Of a stretch of 58,395 nucleotides of DNA, positions 34,110 through 42,367 are shown in pieces (within the stretch, counting starts at the first letter, position 1; every line of letters begins with the position of its first letter). This stretch comes from Candidatus Parcubacteria bacterium (GTDB taxonomy: Bacteria > Patescibacteriota > Minisyncoccia > SURF-38), in the NCBI GenBank assembly GCA_003599335.1, contig QZJN01000005.1, positions 1-58,395 on the forward strand, written 5' to 3'. The position numbers and the translations under genes are program-made. The notes under the pieces are model-generated. The model searched no databases. It was not told the DNA's origin and saw nothing but the letters and a program-made list of their open reading frames with translations.

Positions 34110-34631
34110 ATGACAAAACTTGCGAAGTTTTTTTTATTGCTTTTGATTCTGACGGTCGTTGCCGGGCTCGTGGGCTGGCAGCAGTACGTCGTGCCAGTCA
34201 AAGACTCGTTGCATTTTTACCAGACCCAACTTCGCAATGAGCAATGTCTTCGACTCGCCCAGTTCAGGCTTGTTGAAGCCTACGCTGCAAACCCTGCCCG
34301 TCTGCCAAGCGGGGTTTTCGACGAGAACGCTTACGTCGTAGAGCTGCCGTGGGGTTCAAGGTACACCTATTCCCAACTCCAAGAGGAGGCCTACGCTCCT
34401 TTTTTGAGAGACAAATCGCGGCCTTGGCCCCTGGTCAAGGACAACCAGGGGAATGTCGCGGTTTCACCCCAAAGCTCCAAACAGGAATTTGGTGTGAACC
34501 AAGGAATTTTTCCTCGGTCGGACTCGAATGGATTACGGCAAGGGAAAGTCTATCCGACCCTGAATGATGTTCCAGAAGAACTTAGGGCCAAAGCGGTGTA
34601 TCTGACAAACCTTGGTTGGTTTGTGCCATAG
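34110..34631 (+). CDS. Membrane-anchored hypothetical protein
   Basis: AAGGAG 7 nt before ATG; N-terminal TM; TTGACA at 34038; GC-richer codons; terminator after. Confidence 0.8.
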   Translation: MTKLAKFFLLLLILTVVAGLVGWQQYVVPVKDSLHFYQTQLRNEQCLRLAQFRLVEAYAANPARLPSGVFDENAYVVELPWGSRYTYSQLQEEAYAPFLRDKSRPWPLVKDNQGNVAVSPQSSKQEFGVNQGIFPRSDSNGLRQGKVYPTLNDVPEELRAKAVYLTNLGWFVP

Positions 34632-34637
34632 GACGCT

Positions 34638-34680
34638 TGCCCCGACAATAGAGAAATCTGTTGTCGGGGCAGCTTTGTTT
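34638..34680 (+). terminator. Intrinsic terminator
   Basis: TGCCCCGACAATAG-AGAAAT-CTGTTGTCGGGGCA then GCTTTGTTT. Confidence 0.85.
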
Positions 34681-34698
34681 ACGGCGCTATCAATACTA

Positions 34699-34727
34699 TT
34701 GACTTTTAGTTATTTATATAGTATAAT
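34699..34727 (+). promoter_or_regulatory. Near-consensus sigma70 promoter
   Basis: TTGACT (34699-704), 17 nt, TATAAT (34722-27). Confidence 0.8.
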
Positions 34728-34756
34728 ATATTTGTTATTTATAATTATTTAATTCG

Positions 34757-34820
34757 TGTTCAGGCAGCTTTAGGGGAAGCACCTTAAAAATATTTTAAAA
34801 CCCCTGAAGCTGGCTGGACA
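34757..34820 (+). promoter_or_regulatory. Long 5'-leader hairpin (candidate cis-regulatory RNA)
   Basis: 34757-76 pairs with 34801-20 (19/20 bp, two G.U); AT-rich loop with internal TTAAAA-ATA-TTTTAA. Confidence 0.6.
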
Positions 34821-34891
34821 GGAAAGCGTTCAGCAAGTAAACGAACCTTACAAAAAAACAAACGGGCCAAAAAACCAACGAGGAGGAGTGA

Positions 34892-35776
34892 ATGAAAAAA
34901 GCTTTGTTGTTGGTTGTGGTTGTGCTGTTGGCTGCAGGGTTGAGTTTTGCGAGCCAACGGCAAGACGCCAAAGTCATTGATTTGGCCGGCGTCGATGTCC
35001 CGCCCAACGCCGAGGTTGAAAAATACCCGGTTTTCGGAGGGCGGTTGAGCGAACGCCAGGAAGCCGAGCTGAAATTAAGGCCGGTTTACCTGGAGAGGGA
35101 ATTTTCCGGTCATAACTGGCATCAGTCCCGGCGGCAATTCGTCTTTGACGTGTTGCCAGCCGGCACAATGGTTCTGGTTGATTTGGCTGGAGTTCCCCGC
35201 TACAAAATGGATTGTGGAAACCGGCTGGTTGCTTGGGAGCAGTCTTGCCCTAAGTGTCCAGAACCGGTTCCTGCAGCCAAAACGGCAGGTCAGGAACAAT
35301 CTTCCAAGAGCTTCACGGATCGTCTCAAGGATTTTATCAGCGCTCTGTGGAGGTTTCTTGGTTGGCTTCTTGCCTTGCTTGCCGCGCTTGCGCTGGTCGG
35401 TCTGTTGCTGTGGTTGTTCTGGCAGTTGATCCGGCGCCTCTTGCGAGCATTTCGCAGCAACAGGGGCGGTGGAGGAGTCAGGACTCCTTTGCGGCCTGTT
35501 GCTCCAACGCCTGTTTCTTCGCTGGCCGCTACTCCCGGCCAAGATTCTGCGGCTGCCTTACCGGCTGAACCAGCCTCGCCTGCTACCGGAGAAGAGCGCA
35601 AATATGGACCAACCGGACCACCCTCTGGTCCTGTTGTGCCGCAAAAGCGATTCTTTTCTTTTCACGCCGGCTCTGGAGGACAAGACCCCGATAAGGTTAA
35701 GTTCTCCGGTTATCGGAGCGTGAGTGTTACCATCGACGAGTCCGCCGGCGAGACGACCATCACGGCCCGCGTCTAG
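34892..35776 (+). CDS. Secreted/membrane protein with DUF6777-like motif and Pro-rich cytoplasmic tail
   Basis: GAGGAGGAG RBS; signal peptide; LPAGTMVLVDLAGVPRYKMDCGNRL resembles the DUF6777 C-terminal motif as recalled; one TM; P/A-rich tail. Confidence 0.75.
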   Translation: MKKALLLVVVVLLAAGLSFASQRQDAKVIDLAGVDVPPNAEVEKYPVFGGRLSERQEAELKLRPVYLEREFSGHNWHQSRRQFVFDVLPAGTMVLVDLAGVPRYKMDCGNRLVAWEQSCPKCPEPVPAAKTAGQEQSSKSFTDRLKDFISALWRFLGWLLALLAALALVGLLLWLFWQLIRRLLRAFRSNRGGGGVRTPLRPVAPTPVSSLAATPGQDSAAALPAEPASPATGEERKYGPTGPPSGPVVPQKRFFSFHAGSGGQDPDKVKFSGYRSVSVTIDESAGETTITARV

Positions 35777-35787
35777 TAGTTCCACCA

Positions 35788-35837
35788 GCCCTGGTGATTG
35801 AAGTTCAAACCTTCAGTTGCCAGGGCATTTTCTTTTT
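35788..35837 (+). terminator. Intrinsic terminator
   Basis: GCCCTGGTGATTGAAG-TTCAAAC-CTTCAGTTGCCAGGGC then ATTTTCTTTTT. Confidence 0.85.
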
Positions 35838-35859
35838 GCTATTTTTATATGGCTTTCAC

Positions 35860-36099
35860 ATGCGTATTCCATTTAAAAGGAAAATTCAAAGGTTTGGGAG
35901 AATAGTCGTTCATAATCTTGAATCGATTGTCGGCATTGTTCTTATTTGGCGAGGAACCTGGTATCTTCTTGACAATATTGATGAATGGCTTTTTGGTGGT
36001 TCTCATTTTTGGACTGCAATTTTAGGAATTATTCTTGGTCTTGTTATTTTATTCATTCCGGAACACGATCATAAAGACATCGACAGACGTTTTGTATGA
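35860..36099 (+). CDS. Small membrane hypothetical protein
   Basis: ATG 35860 (MRIPFKRK), two TM segments (GIVLIWRGTW...), ATGA overlap with PPIase. Confidence 0.75.
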   Translation: MRIPFKRKIQRFGRIVVHNLESIVGIVLIWRGTWYLLDNIDEWLFGGSHFWTAILGIILGLVILFIPEHDHKDIDRRFV

Positions 36100-36719
36100 A
36101 ACAAAAACTAACGATAGTTTTGTTAATTATTATTTTTGGCGTCGGCCTTTATTTTTTAATCAGGCCAAAAGACGAAACTAAAGAAAATATGGATTTACAA
36201 AATACCCAGCCGGTCGGTCGTAGTGCGGCAACTCTTAACACCACAATGGGAGAAATAAAGATCGTGTTTTACAACGAAGATGCTCCTCAAACGGTGGCTA
36301 ACTTTATTTCTTTGGCCAGTAAGGATTTTTATAACGGTCTGCCTTTTCACAGAGTGGTTGAGGGGTTTGTGGTACAGGCTGGAGATCCTTTCTGCGCAGA
36401 GCCTCCGCGAGGAACAGGCAGGTGCGGGACAGGAGGGCCTGGGTATAGGTTTGAAGACGAACTTAACCCAAACACCCCTTCTTACAGGGAAGGTTATAAA
36501 AAAGGGGTTGTGGCCATGGCTAATTCCGGTCCCGATACAAACGGTTCCCAGTTTTTTATACTTTTGGAAGACGCGCCTTACCTTCCACACGATTACACTA
36601 TTTTTGGCCGAGTTGTTGAAGGACAAGATGTTGTTGACGCAATGGGCCGTGTTGAAGTCGATGAATCAGAAAGGCCAAAGACGCCCATAGTCATTGAATC
36701 GATTAGAATTGAAAATTGA
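36096..36719 (+). CDS. Membrane-anchored cyclophilin-type peptidyl-prolyl isomerase
   Basis: APQTVANF..LA...FYNGLPFHRVVEGFVVQAGDP, GPGYRFEDE, MANSGPDTNGSQFFI, FGRVVEG. Confidence 0.97.
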   Translation: MKQKLTIVLLIIIFGVGLYFLIRPKDETKENMDLQNTQPVGRSAATLNTTMGEIKIVFYNEDAPQTVANFISLASKDFYNGLPFHRVVEGFVVQAGDPFCAEPPRGTGRCGTGGPGYRFEDELNPNTPSYREGYKKGVVAMANSGPDTNGSQFFILLEDAPYLPHDYTIFGRVVEGQDVVDAMGRVEVDESERPKTPIVIESIRIEN

Positions 36720-36788
36720 GTATAGGGGTTTTATTTTTCTTTAAATTTTGTATTATTGGGGTAGTTTGGTTTCTTTCGGAGGCCAACA

Positions 36789-37010
36789 ATGCTCATTAAG
36801 TTGAAAAGCGAAACAGGAGAGTTAGTCCCATTAAGCAGTCCCGTGAAGGAGCTTCTTGGGGTTAACGACGGCGTGGTTCGTCTTCGTTTCACGAACGGAA
36901 GGACCGCCGGTGTTAGGGTTGAACACATCGCAGAGGTTCATGGCCCGGCTCGCCAAGAAGTCTCTGTGTTGGAAGATCTTCCCGGCGTTCGTTTCGTTCC
37001 CACAGACTAG
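36789..37010 (+). CDS. Small hypothetical protein (73 aa)
   Basis: GGAGG 6 nt before ATG; GC-richer codons; 10-bp hairpin GGGGTCGGTT/AACCGACCCC at 37010-35 right after the stop. Confidence 0.75.
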   Translation: MLIKLKSETGELVPLSSPVKELLGVNDGVVRLRFTNGRTAGVRVEHIAEVHGPARQEVSVLEDLPGVRFVPTD

Positions 37011-37044
37011 GGGTCGGTTTTTTACAACCGACCCCAGACCCTTT

Positions 37045-37542
37045 ATGACCCTTGCAACACACTCGGTTATAGGAGCTTCGCTTGCAAATATAATCACAAT
37101 AAACCCATGGCTTGGGTTTATAGTCGGTTTTGTAAGTCATTTCTTGCTTGATGCCATTCCTCATTGGGATTACCACTTGGGTTCAATGCAAGAAGACAAA
37201 TCTAATAAGCTTAACAATGACATGAAAATAAATAAAAGTTTCTTTTTTGATTTGATCAAAATCGGCACAGATATGTTTATTGGTCTTTTAATAATTTTTG
37301 TTTTACATGGAGTGCCGAGAGAAACTTTATTCACACCGTTGATTTTTGGAGCCGTTGGAGGCGTGATGCCAGATGCTTTGCAGTTTTTTTATTTTAAATT
37401 AAGAATTGAGCCTCTTATATCAATACAAAAGTTTCATATCTGGATTCATACCAAAGTGAGGCTTAAGAGAGCATTATCTGGAGTTTTGTTGCAAATCCTT
37501 TTTATTTTTTTGGTTTTGTCGGTGATAAAATTTTTTGGTTGA
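37045..37542 (+). CDS. Membrane protein, putative metal-dependent hydrolase (YdjM-like)
   Basis: MTLATH..IG...SHFLLDAIPHWD...MPD...FH.WIH; ATG 37045 preferred. Confidence 0.8.
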   Translation: MTLATHSVIGASLANIITINPWLGFIVGFVSHFLLDAIPHWDYHLGSMQEDKSNKLNNDMKINKSFFFDLIKIGTDMFIGLLIIFVLHGVPRETLFTPLIFGAVGGVMPDALQFFYFKLRIEPLISIQKFHIWIHTKVRLKRALSGVLLQILFIFLVLSVIKFFG

Positions 37543-37550
37543 TACCAAAA

Positions 37551-38252
37551 ATGAAGCAACACCGTTTTATAGGGAATTTTGATTTATCGGAAAATAAGAT
37601 AAATCTTTCTGATCGAGCTTTAATTCATCAAATAAAGGATGTTTTGAGGATTGGGATTGGCGATAAAATTGTTTTGGCCGATGGGAATTTAAACGAAGCT
37701 CTGGTGGAGATAACCAATATGGTAGCTAATAGATTGAGTGTTGAGGTTATTTCAAGAAACAAAAACAACAACGAAAGCCTAAAGGACGTAAGTTTATATT
37801 GCTCTATATTAAAGCGAGAGAATTTTGAGTTAGTCGTTCAAAAAACGACCGAAGTTGGTATAAAAAAAATAATCCCGATAATAACCGAAAGAACCGTAAA
37901 ACTTAACTTTAACCAGGGGCGTTTGGAAAAGATAATCAAGGAAGCTTCTGAACAATCCGGAAGAGGGATTATTCCAACGTTGACACAACCGGTTAAATTT
38001 GAGGATAGCCTTAAAGAAAGTGAAGAAAATAAGGCCAATATTTTATTTCATGAAGAGGGTGATTTTTTTTCGCAAAAAAATTTGGATCGGTTTTCCAAAA
38101 TCGGAATCTGGATAGGACCAGAAGGGGGGTGGACAACCAAAGAAATAAAAAAGGCCCAAGAAAATAAATTTCTCGTATTTGGCCTTGGCAAACTTACTCT
38201 TCGCGCAGAAACCGCAGCAATAGTGGCTTCTTATCTTGTGTGTAAAAATTAA
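37551..38252 (+). CDS. rsmE: 16S rRNA m3U1498 methyltransferase RsmE
   Basis: H...VLR, KRENFELVVQKTTEVG, EASEQSGR, IGPEGGWT..E, LG..TLRAETAAI. Confidence 0.97.
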   Translation: MKQHRFIGNFDLSENKINLSDRALIHQIKDVLRIGIGDKIVLADGNLNEALVEITNMVANRLSVEVISRNKNNNESLKDVSLYCSILKRENFELVVQKTTEVGIKKIIPIITERTVKLNFNQGRLEKIIKEASEQSGRGIIPTLTQPVKFEDSLKESEENKANILFHEEGDFFSQKNLDRFSKIGIWIGPEGGWTTKEIKKAQENKFLVFGLGKLTLRAETAAIVASYLVCKN

Positions 38253-38327
38253 TAATGACAATACGTCTTGGTTGGTGTAGGGTATAGTTAGGTTAACTAT
38301 TAACTCAAAAATTTAAATTAAAAGCCT

Positions 38328-39194
38328 ATGAAATATTTTTTCGGGATTTTAGGAATTTTGAGTTTATGGGCGGGAGTTGTTTTTGCGCAAACCCCAACGG
38401 CCCCAGCGGCTCCTTCGGCGGAGCTTTTGCGTCAACTCGAACAGCAACGAGAAGCTTTGGAGCAGCAAAGAATGGAAGCTCAAAAACGTCTTGAGGAGTT
38501 GAGAATGCAACAGAGGCAAAACGTTGAAGTTATTACAAATGAAGCTCGTGATCGTTTGCGAATGACCCGCGAAGAATTTGAACAAAGACGCGAACAAATT
38601 AAAGAGGAGATGGAGGATCGTCGCGAAGCTTTCAGGGAAGAATTTGAAAAAAGACGCGAGGAAGCCAGGCGTCGTTTTGAAACACAGCGCGATCAGTTAA
38701 AACAAAGAATAGAGGGTATAAGAGACGACAGGAAGGAACAGATACTTGAGCGCGTTCACAATCAGATGAACGAGTTAAATAAGAGATTGACGGAACATTT
38801 TTCAAAAGTTGCCGATCAGCTTGAAGACGTTTTGAGCAGAATTTTGAGCCGCATTGATAAGGCCGAAGCCAATGGGCTTGATGTTGCAGAACCTAAAGCC
38901 AAGCACGAGGTTGCCAAGAATGCGATTAGTAATTTAAGAACTAAAATAGCTGAACAAGCTCTCAAAACATATACCTTTACGGCCTCAACTTCTTCCAGCG
39001 AAGCCCTAAGAGGAGATGTTGGGAATGCGCGCAACTTAATTCACAGGGATTTAAGCGCCTTGCGCGATGTTGCCAAGTCGGCCCGCGATGCAGTTCATGA
39101 TGTTGCCAGGGCTTTAGCTCAAATTCCAAGGGTTGACGAACTTGAATTGCCGGACACAAGCACGACATCTACCACTTCTCAAACTCAACAGTAA
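38328..39194 (+). CDS. Secreted long coiled-coil protein
   Basis: Signal peptide ending VFAQ; E/R/Q-rich helical body. Confidence 0.85.
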   Translation: MKYFFGILGILSLWAGVVFAQTPTAPAAPSAELLRQLEQQREALEQQRMEAQKRLEELRMQQRQNVEVITNEARDRLRMTREEFEQRREQIKEEMEDRREAFREEFEKRREEARRRFETQRDQLKQRIEGIRDDRKEQILERVHNQMNELNKRLTEHFSKVADQLEDVLSRILSRIDKAEANGLDVAEPKAKHEVAKNAISNLRTKIAEQALKTYTFTASTSSSEALRGDVGNARNLIHRDLSALRDVAKSARDAVHDVARALAQIPRVDELELPDTSTTSTTSQTQQ

Positions 39195-39208
39195 ACTAAA
39201 TTAAAACT

Positions 39209-39421
39209 ATGAATAAAACATTTATTATTATCCTTATTGTCGTTGTTATTTTGATAGGCTTGTGGTGGTGGATGACTCAAAGACCGGCCGTTGCTCCAAC
39301 AACCCAGGACTCTTCTAACAGCGATACAACATCTGATATAAATCAGTCTTTGGAAAACGTTGATCTCGGAGATTTAGACAGGGAATTTCAGGAAGTTGAT
39401 AGCCAAATAAATCAACTATAG
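39209..39421 (+). CDS. Small membrane-anchored protein
   Basis: N-terminal TM, SDINQSLENVDLGDLD.EF..VD..INQL tail. Confidence 0.8.
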   Translation: MNKTFIIILIVVVILIGLWWWMTQRPAVAPTTQDSSNSDTTSDINQSLENVDLGDLDREFQEVDSQINQL

Positions 39422-39448
39422 AAAATTACAGAATATTCAAAAACGAGC

Positions 39449-39474
39449 AAGCTCCTCGTAAAAACGAGGAGCTT
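39449..39474. terminator. Bidirectional hairpin terminator
   Basis: AAGCTCCTCGT-AAAA-ACGAGGAGCTT between convergent genes. Confidence 0.85.
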
Positions 39475-39486
39475 TGCCTTTTGCGG

Positions 39487-40446
39487 TTATGGTTTTGGAA
39501 CTGTTGAGTTTTGGAACATGAGCGCGCCTCTCGTGATGGAAGTTATGGGCGGATAGATCGCTCTTATTTCTTGCTCGAGAGGATTAAGTTCCTTGTCGCC
39601 CTGCCCGAAGACGAAGTAGCAGGCGTCTTGGCCAAAAGAGATCGGAAAATTGTTGTATTTCTCCGACCAGTCTTTGTCTACGACGCCGATTTTACCGGCG
39701 AGTTTGATGGTTGGTCTGTCAACAAAACGATTGCATTCGCGCATCCTCCGGTATTGCAGATCGTGCAGAAGCTCGTGGTTTAAGCAGTAGTCGGCGATTT
39801 CTTTGATTGATCCGTCGCAGACACCCCTGCGCAGAAAGTTTGTGCCAAAAGAGTTGTAAGCTCCGGCTTGAAGACTCGGAGTATGTCTGGTTGTAAAGAT
39901 TGGCGTTCCGAACCGGAATGATTTTCCGATTTGGAAAGAATCTCCCCGGGCTGCGGCTTGAATGCTTGTAATGCTGCGTCCGGCCAGGATCTGCCAGCCG
40001 AAATCTTTCTTGCAAAAATCGTAGCTGACAGAAGCCCAGAGGTAGAAAGTGCGGTAGTTGCAGAAGGTTTGTTTTCCTCTCATGCCATCAAGGCGGTTTT
40101 CCTTGATGGAAACAAAAAAGGAATGCATGGCTTTTGCCGCTGGGTAGTAATCAATATCTTTTGCGGCAAGTCCCATGGAAAACTGCTCTCCAGTCCCGGC
40201 GGCAGCCCGCCAGGAACCTTCAACCGCGCATCCTTTCCAACCCCGTTTTTGGAGATGACCCCAAAGACAGCCAACACTCCATTCGGCTGCCGCTCTTAGT
40301 CCCATCGATTTCCAGAAGCTGTGGTCGTAGGATTGGCGCTGGTTTTGCTGGTGTGTAAACGGAGATGGATTTTGAGCCAGAACTCCGGAAGCGCCCGACC
40401 CAATCAAAAACAACACAAACAGATATACGCAAAGACGCCGTTTCAT
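39487..40446 (-). CDS. Secreted hypothetical protein with HExxH motif
   Basis: AAAGGAGG 6 nt before ATG; TTGACA on minus at 40508-13; signal peptide; NHELLHD. Confidence 0.8.
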   Translation of the reverse strand: MKRRLCVYLFVLFLIGSGASGVLAQNPSPFTHQQNQRQSYDHSFWKSMGLRAAAEWSVGCLWGHLQKRGWKGCAVEGSWRAAAGTGEQFSMGLAAKDIDYYPAAKAMHSFFVSIKENRLDGMRGKQTFCNYRTFYLWASVSYDFCKKDFGWQILAGRSITSIQAAARGDSFQIGKSFRFGTPIFTTRHTPSLQAGAYNSFGTNFLRRGVCDGSIKEIADYCLNHELLHDLQYRRMRECNRFVDRPTIKLAGKIGVVDKDWSEKYNNFPISFGQDACYFVFGQGDKELNPLEQEIRAIYPPITSITRGALMFQNSTVPKP

Positions 40447-40542
40447 CGGGCGCCTCCTTTCGTGTAAAGATCAAAGATACGTAAGCTATATTAAAAAATC
40501 CTACACGTGTCAAATTTTTACTTTGTTATATAATAAAAAGGT

Positions 40543-40962
40543 ATGTGGTTGGTTTATGCTTTTTTAGCAGCTTTATCTGCGGCTTCAGTAGCGATTTTCG
40601 GCAAACTTGGTTTAAAGACAATTGACAGCACCGTTGCCACAACGATTCGCTCGATCATAATGAGCGGATTTTTGGTTATTGTCAGTCTTGCTCTAAAAAA
40701 ACTCCAAGGTTTTTCTTTGGGCGAATTTTCTTCAAGGGAGTGGTTGTTTATTGTTGCTGCCGGTGTATCGGGGGCTTTATCTTGGCTTTTTTATTTTGCG
40801 GCTTTAAAAACCGGACTTGCTTCAAGGGTTGTTGCTATTGATCGTTTAAGCATTGTTTTTGTTGTTGTTTTTGGAGCTTTGTTTTTGGGCGAGGCTCTTG
40901 GTTGGAAAGTTGCACTCGGAGCTGCATTAATGGTCGTTGGCGCAGTGCTCATTTCTTTATAA
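40543..40962 (+). CDS. EamA/DMT family transporter (single repeat)
   Basis: W..YA.L.A..A....IFGK.GL..IDS..AT.IR, SWLFYF.ALK.G.AS.V..IDRLS. Confidence 0.95.
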   Translation: MWLVYAFLAALSAASVAIFGKLGLKTIDSTVATTIRSIIMSGFLVIVSLALKKLQGFSLGEFSSREWLFIVAAGVSGALSWLFYFAALKTGLASRVVAIDRLSIVFVVVFGALFLGEALGWKVALGAALMVVGAVLISL

Positions 40963-40968
40963 AGATTT

Positions 40969-41940
40969 ATGGATTTACAACAACAAAGTTCTTTTCCTAA
41001 CCTGAAGGGAGCCAAGGATTTACTTTCGGAATCTCTTTTGAGATATAAGGGTTATTGGAGGATTATTCTTTTGAGCGGAGCGGTACCGAGCCTCTTATAT
41101 TTGCCGGTTACTTTTGGTTCCTTTGGAAAAATTCCTTTTTTAATTTTTTCTCTTTTGGGAGTTATATTTTTACTGCTTTTCAGGTTGGCTCTTATAGAGC
41201 TCGCCGTTTCTCAAGATTCGTCTACTCCAAGTTTTGGGTTTATATGGAAAGAAGGTTTAAAGAGGTTTTTCCCGATAATATGGATTTCTACCATAACTGC
41301 CTTTGCTGTTTTTGGTGGTTTTTTTCTTTTTGTTATTCCGGCCATTTTTTTGGCCATAATTTTAAGCCTTGGTAGTTATATCCTTTTTGCCGAAAAAGCA
41401 TCACCGATAATTTCTTTGGCTAGAAGCTGGCATTATGTGAGGGGATATTGGTGGGGAATTGTCTTACGCTATGTATATTTTGGGATTATTGTTGTCTTGA
41501 TAGCTTTGGCGGTTGGATTTTTGGCTGGCCTTGGCTTTTCTGCTTCAAGAGACGCTTTTAGCATGAAATTTTTTATCGGAGAGAAGGGGTCAAATCCTAT
41601 TTTTGAGTATATAAATCTTCTTTTGAATAACTTTATTTTTGCCCCTCTAAGCACTCTTTATGTCGTTGGGATTTACAGATCGCTCAAAAATTCAAAGGCT
41701 CCACCAACCATGGACGAAGAAATTATTTATAAGAAAAAAATAGCCGCTTTTGTGATTGTTGGCGGAATTGCTGTTTTACTTTTGGTCGTTTTTGCCGGTG
41801 TTGTTATTAAAGCTTTATTTTTTGCCGAACCACTTCTACCTTTTAATGATTTAAGACCGGTTAACCAAGTTTTTCCTTCGGTTAACTCAACGGCCTTGGG
41901 CCTTATGCCCTTGTTTGAATTTTTGAAACTGTTTCCATAA
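40969..41940 (+). CDS. Polytopic membrane hypothetical protein (GPDPase membrane-domain-like)
   Basis: About 7 hydrophobic segments; SL.RSW.YV.GYWW. Confidence 0.8.
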   Translation: MDLQQQSSFPNLKGAKDLLSESLLRYKGYWRIILLSGAVPSLLYLPVTFGSFGKIPFLIFSLLGVIFLLLFRLALIELAVSQDSSTPSFGFIWKEGLKRFFPIIWISTITAFAVFGGFFLFVIPAIFLAIILSLGSYILFAEKASPIISLARSWHYVRGYWWGIVLRYVYFGIIVVLIALAVGFLAGLGFSASRDAFSMKFFIGEKGSNPIFEYINLLLNNFIFAPLSTLYVVGIYRSLKNSKAPPTMDEEIIYKKKIAAFVIVGGIAVLLLVVFAGVVIKALFFAEPLLPFNDLRPVNQVFPSVNSTALGLMPLFEFLKLFP

Positions 41941-41990
41941 AAAGCAGAGCGGCTGACTATGGGTCAGCCGCGACTGGTTTGGGGGTAAAA

Positions 41991-42185
41991 TCAAAAAGAG
42001 CCGTGAACTTGGCAGATTTTTGGATCTGTTGGTTTTTCCACACGATAGGTTACCTGGTTGTCGCCACATTCCGGGCACACCGGAAAGGAGGCGTCATCAT
42101 CCGGTTTTATTTTCTTGCCCAGCCACCATGTGGTTGCCAAGACAACAATGCCGGCGACAATTCCTCCTACGAGATGTTGTTCCAT
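41991..42185 (-). CDS. 64-aa TM + zinc-ribbon-like microprotein
   Basis: AAGGAG 7 nt before ATG; TM then CPEC...CQVH; TTGACA-17-TATTAA upstream on minus. Confidence 0.75.
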   Translation of the reverse strand: MEQHLVGGIVAGIVVLATTWWLGKKIKPDDDASFPVCPECGDNQVTYRVEKPTDPKICQVHGSF

Positions 42186-42243
42186 TTCGTATCTCCTTGG
42201 GTTGAAAAATCTAATATCTATTAATACTTTTTGTTTACTAAAT

Positions 42244-42329
42244 TGTCAAACTTAAAGTTGACCCCTCATTTTTTAAGCCCTCCCGTCAAACTTTTTAAGT
42301 TTGACGCTTTTTTAACAGATATGTATTAT
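42244..42329. promoter_or_regulatory. Divergent promoter pair with palindromes overlapping both -35 boxes
   Basis: Minus TTGACA at 42244-49; plus TTGACG (42301-06)-17-TATTAT (42324-29); perfect IR CGTCAAACTT-TTT-AAGTTTGACG at 42284-306 and degenerate copy GTCAAACTT-A-AAGTTGAC at 42245-62. Confidence 0.7.
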
Positions 42330-42367
42330 TTGCCCATCGCTGGAAGCTAGCGAAGAGAGGAGGGCCG

